From positions 1 through 43,188 of IMG/VR virus record IMGVR_UViG_3300034965_000015: a stretch of 43,188 nt of DNA; one strand, written 5' to 3'. Below, in pieces: positions 42,345 to 43,188 of this stretch. Origin of the DNA: a virus (Duplodnaviria > Caudoviricetes). The position numbers were made by a program, and so were the translations under genes. Below the pieces are notes generated by a model. The model worked only from the letters and a program-made list of their open reading frames with translations. It was not told the origin of the DNA and made no database searches. Position 1 is the stretch's first letter. The number at the start of each line of letters is the position of its first letter.

Positions 42345-43010
42345 ATGACCAACCTCACCATCATGCGCGCCAAGATCGCGGACGAAATCACGCGCTCGGA
42401 CATGACATCGCGCATTACCACCGCGATTCAGGACGCCATCAAGCTGTGGGAGGGCGAGCGCTTCGCGTTCAACGAGCGCCGCTATCGCATCAACACGGTC
42501 GCGAGCCAGGAATATTACGACTTCATCGCCCCGACGCTGCTGACCAGCGCGGGCGCTGCGGTGCCGACCGGCGAGATGGTGCTGGAGATCGACAGCATCA
42601 CCTCGACCGTCAACAACGCCCCATACCCGCTCACGCCGCGCACTCAGCAGTGGTTCGACACATATCAGTCGCTGCCGACGCAATATTGCGGACGCCCCGA
42701 CAGCTACGCCATCTACGGCAACCAACTGCGGCTGTTTCCTGTCCCGGATGCCGTCTACCAGATCAACATCTCGGCTCTTGCCCGTCTGGGCCCGTCGCCC
42801 GCCACGGCCGATGCCGACACCAACGACTGGTTCACCGAGGGCGAGATGCTCATCCGCGAACAGGCCAAGGTGCTGATTTTCCGCTTTCCGCTGAAAGACC
42901 CCGATGGCGCGAGCCTCTCGCAGAGCGCGGCCGATAACGCCTATATCAGCCTCAAGCGCAAGATGTCGGCCAAGGTCGCCGTGGGGCTGATGGGGAGCTG
43001 GGAAGGCTGA
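42345..43010 (+). CDS. head-tail adaptor (tail tubular A-like)
   Basis: RAKIADEITRSD..GRPDSYAIYGNQLRLFPVPD..TNDWFTE; precedes nozzle gene. Confidence 0.7.
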   Translation: MTNLTIMRAKIADEITRSDMTSRITTAIQDAIKLWEGERFAFNERRYRINTVASQEYYDFIAPTLLTSAGAAVPTGEMVLEIDSITSTVNNAPYPLTPRTQQWFDTYQSLPTQYCGRPDSYAIYGNQLRLFPVPDAVYQINISALARLGPSPATADADTNDWFTEGEMLIREQAKVLIFRFPLKDPDGASLSQSAADNAYISLKRKMSAKVAVGLMGSWEG

Positions 43011-43188
43011 TGGCGGACCCCCGGCCTATCGCGTTCGGCGAATGGACGCCGGATATGTCCGACCGCCTGTCCGAAACCAACGAGGCCAAGGGCGTCGTGG
43101 CACGCGGTGGCGGCTATGGGCCGTTCAACTCGCCGCAGGCGATCAACACCGGACTCGCCGTGCTGCTCAATCCCGCGCTCGGCGGCGC
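43011..43188. repeat. terminal direct repeat, copy 2 (5' end of nozzle gene, ATG 43010)
   Basis: Repeat of 1-178 with 4 synonymous differences. Confidence 0.97.

Noticed and set aside
1-43188. Diversity-generating retroelement, retron or invertible tail-fibre cassette
   Set aside because: No reverse-transcriptase motifs, no template/variable repeat pair and no invertase seen.
1-43188. Alternative genetic code or stop-codon reassignment
   Set aside because: Core genes are full length in the standard code and all three stop codons end coupled genes.

Overview
The window is an apparently complete, circularly permuted temperate phage genome. The unit length is about 43,010 bp, and bases 1-178 recur at 43011-43188. 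Gene order is podovirus-like: terminase, P22-like portal, an inserted four-gene cassette, scaffold, N4-gp56-type major capsid, adaptor, nozzle, ejection proteins, tail fibre and a GH108 lysis cassette. These are followed by an accessory leftward arm, an intact attP (3' half of tRNA-Pro(UGG)), int/xis, recombination genes, a CI/Cro switch and an SSB/AAA_25 helicase/iteron replication module. The host is most likely an alphaproteobacterium of the Hyphomicrobiales (Omp25/RopB-like gene, GcrA-like domain, suhB/alpha-r8-like sRNA, DUF3309). The most unusual layer is regulatory and RNA-based. It includes an MmgR/GsrN-like sRNA as the first product of the early-left promoter, two copies of a symE/symR-like leader with embedded antisense promoter, and two hairpin-dense non-coding blocks. 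It also includes a GTGCAC-N5-GTGCAC operator at four loci, an immI-like island between the ejection genes and tail fibre, and a mini-ORF duplicating the scaffold C-terminus. All calls come from reading motifs and synteny by eye; no searches were run.
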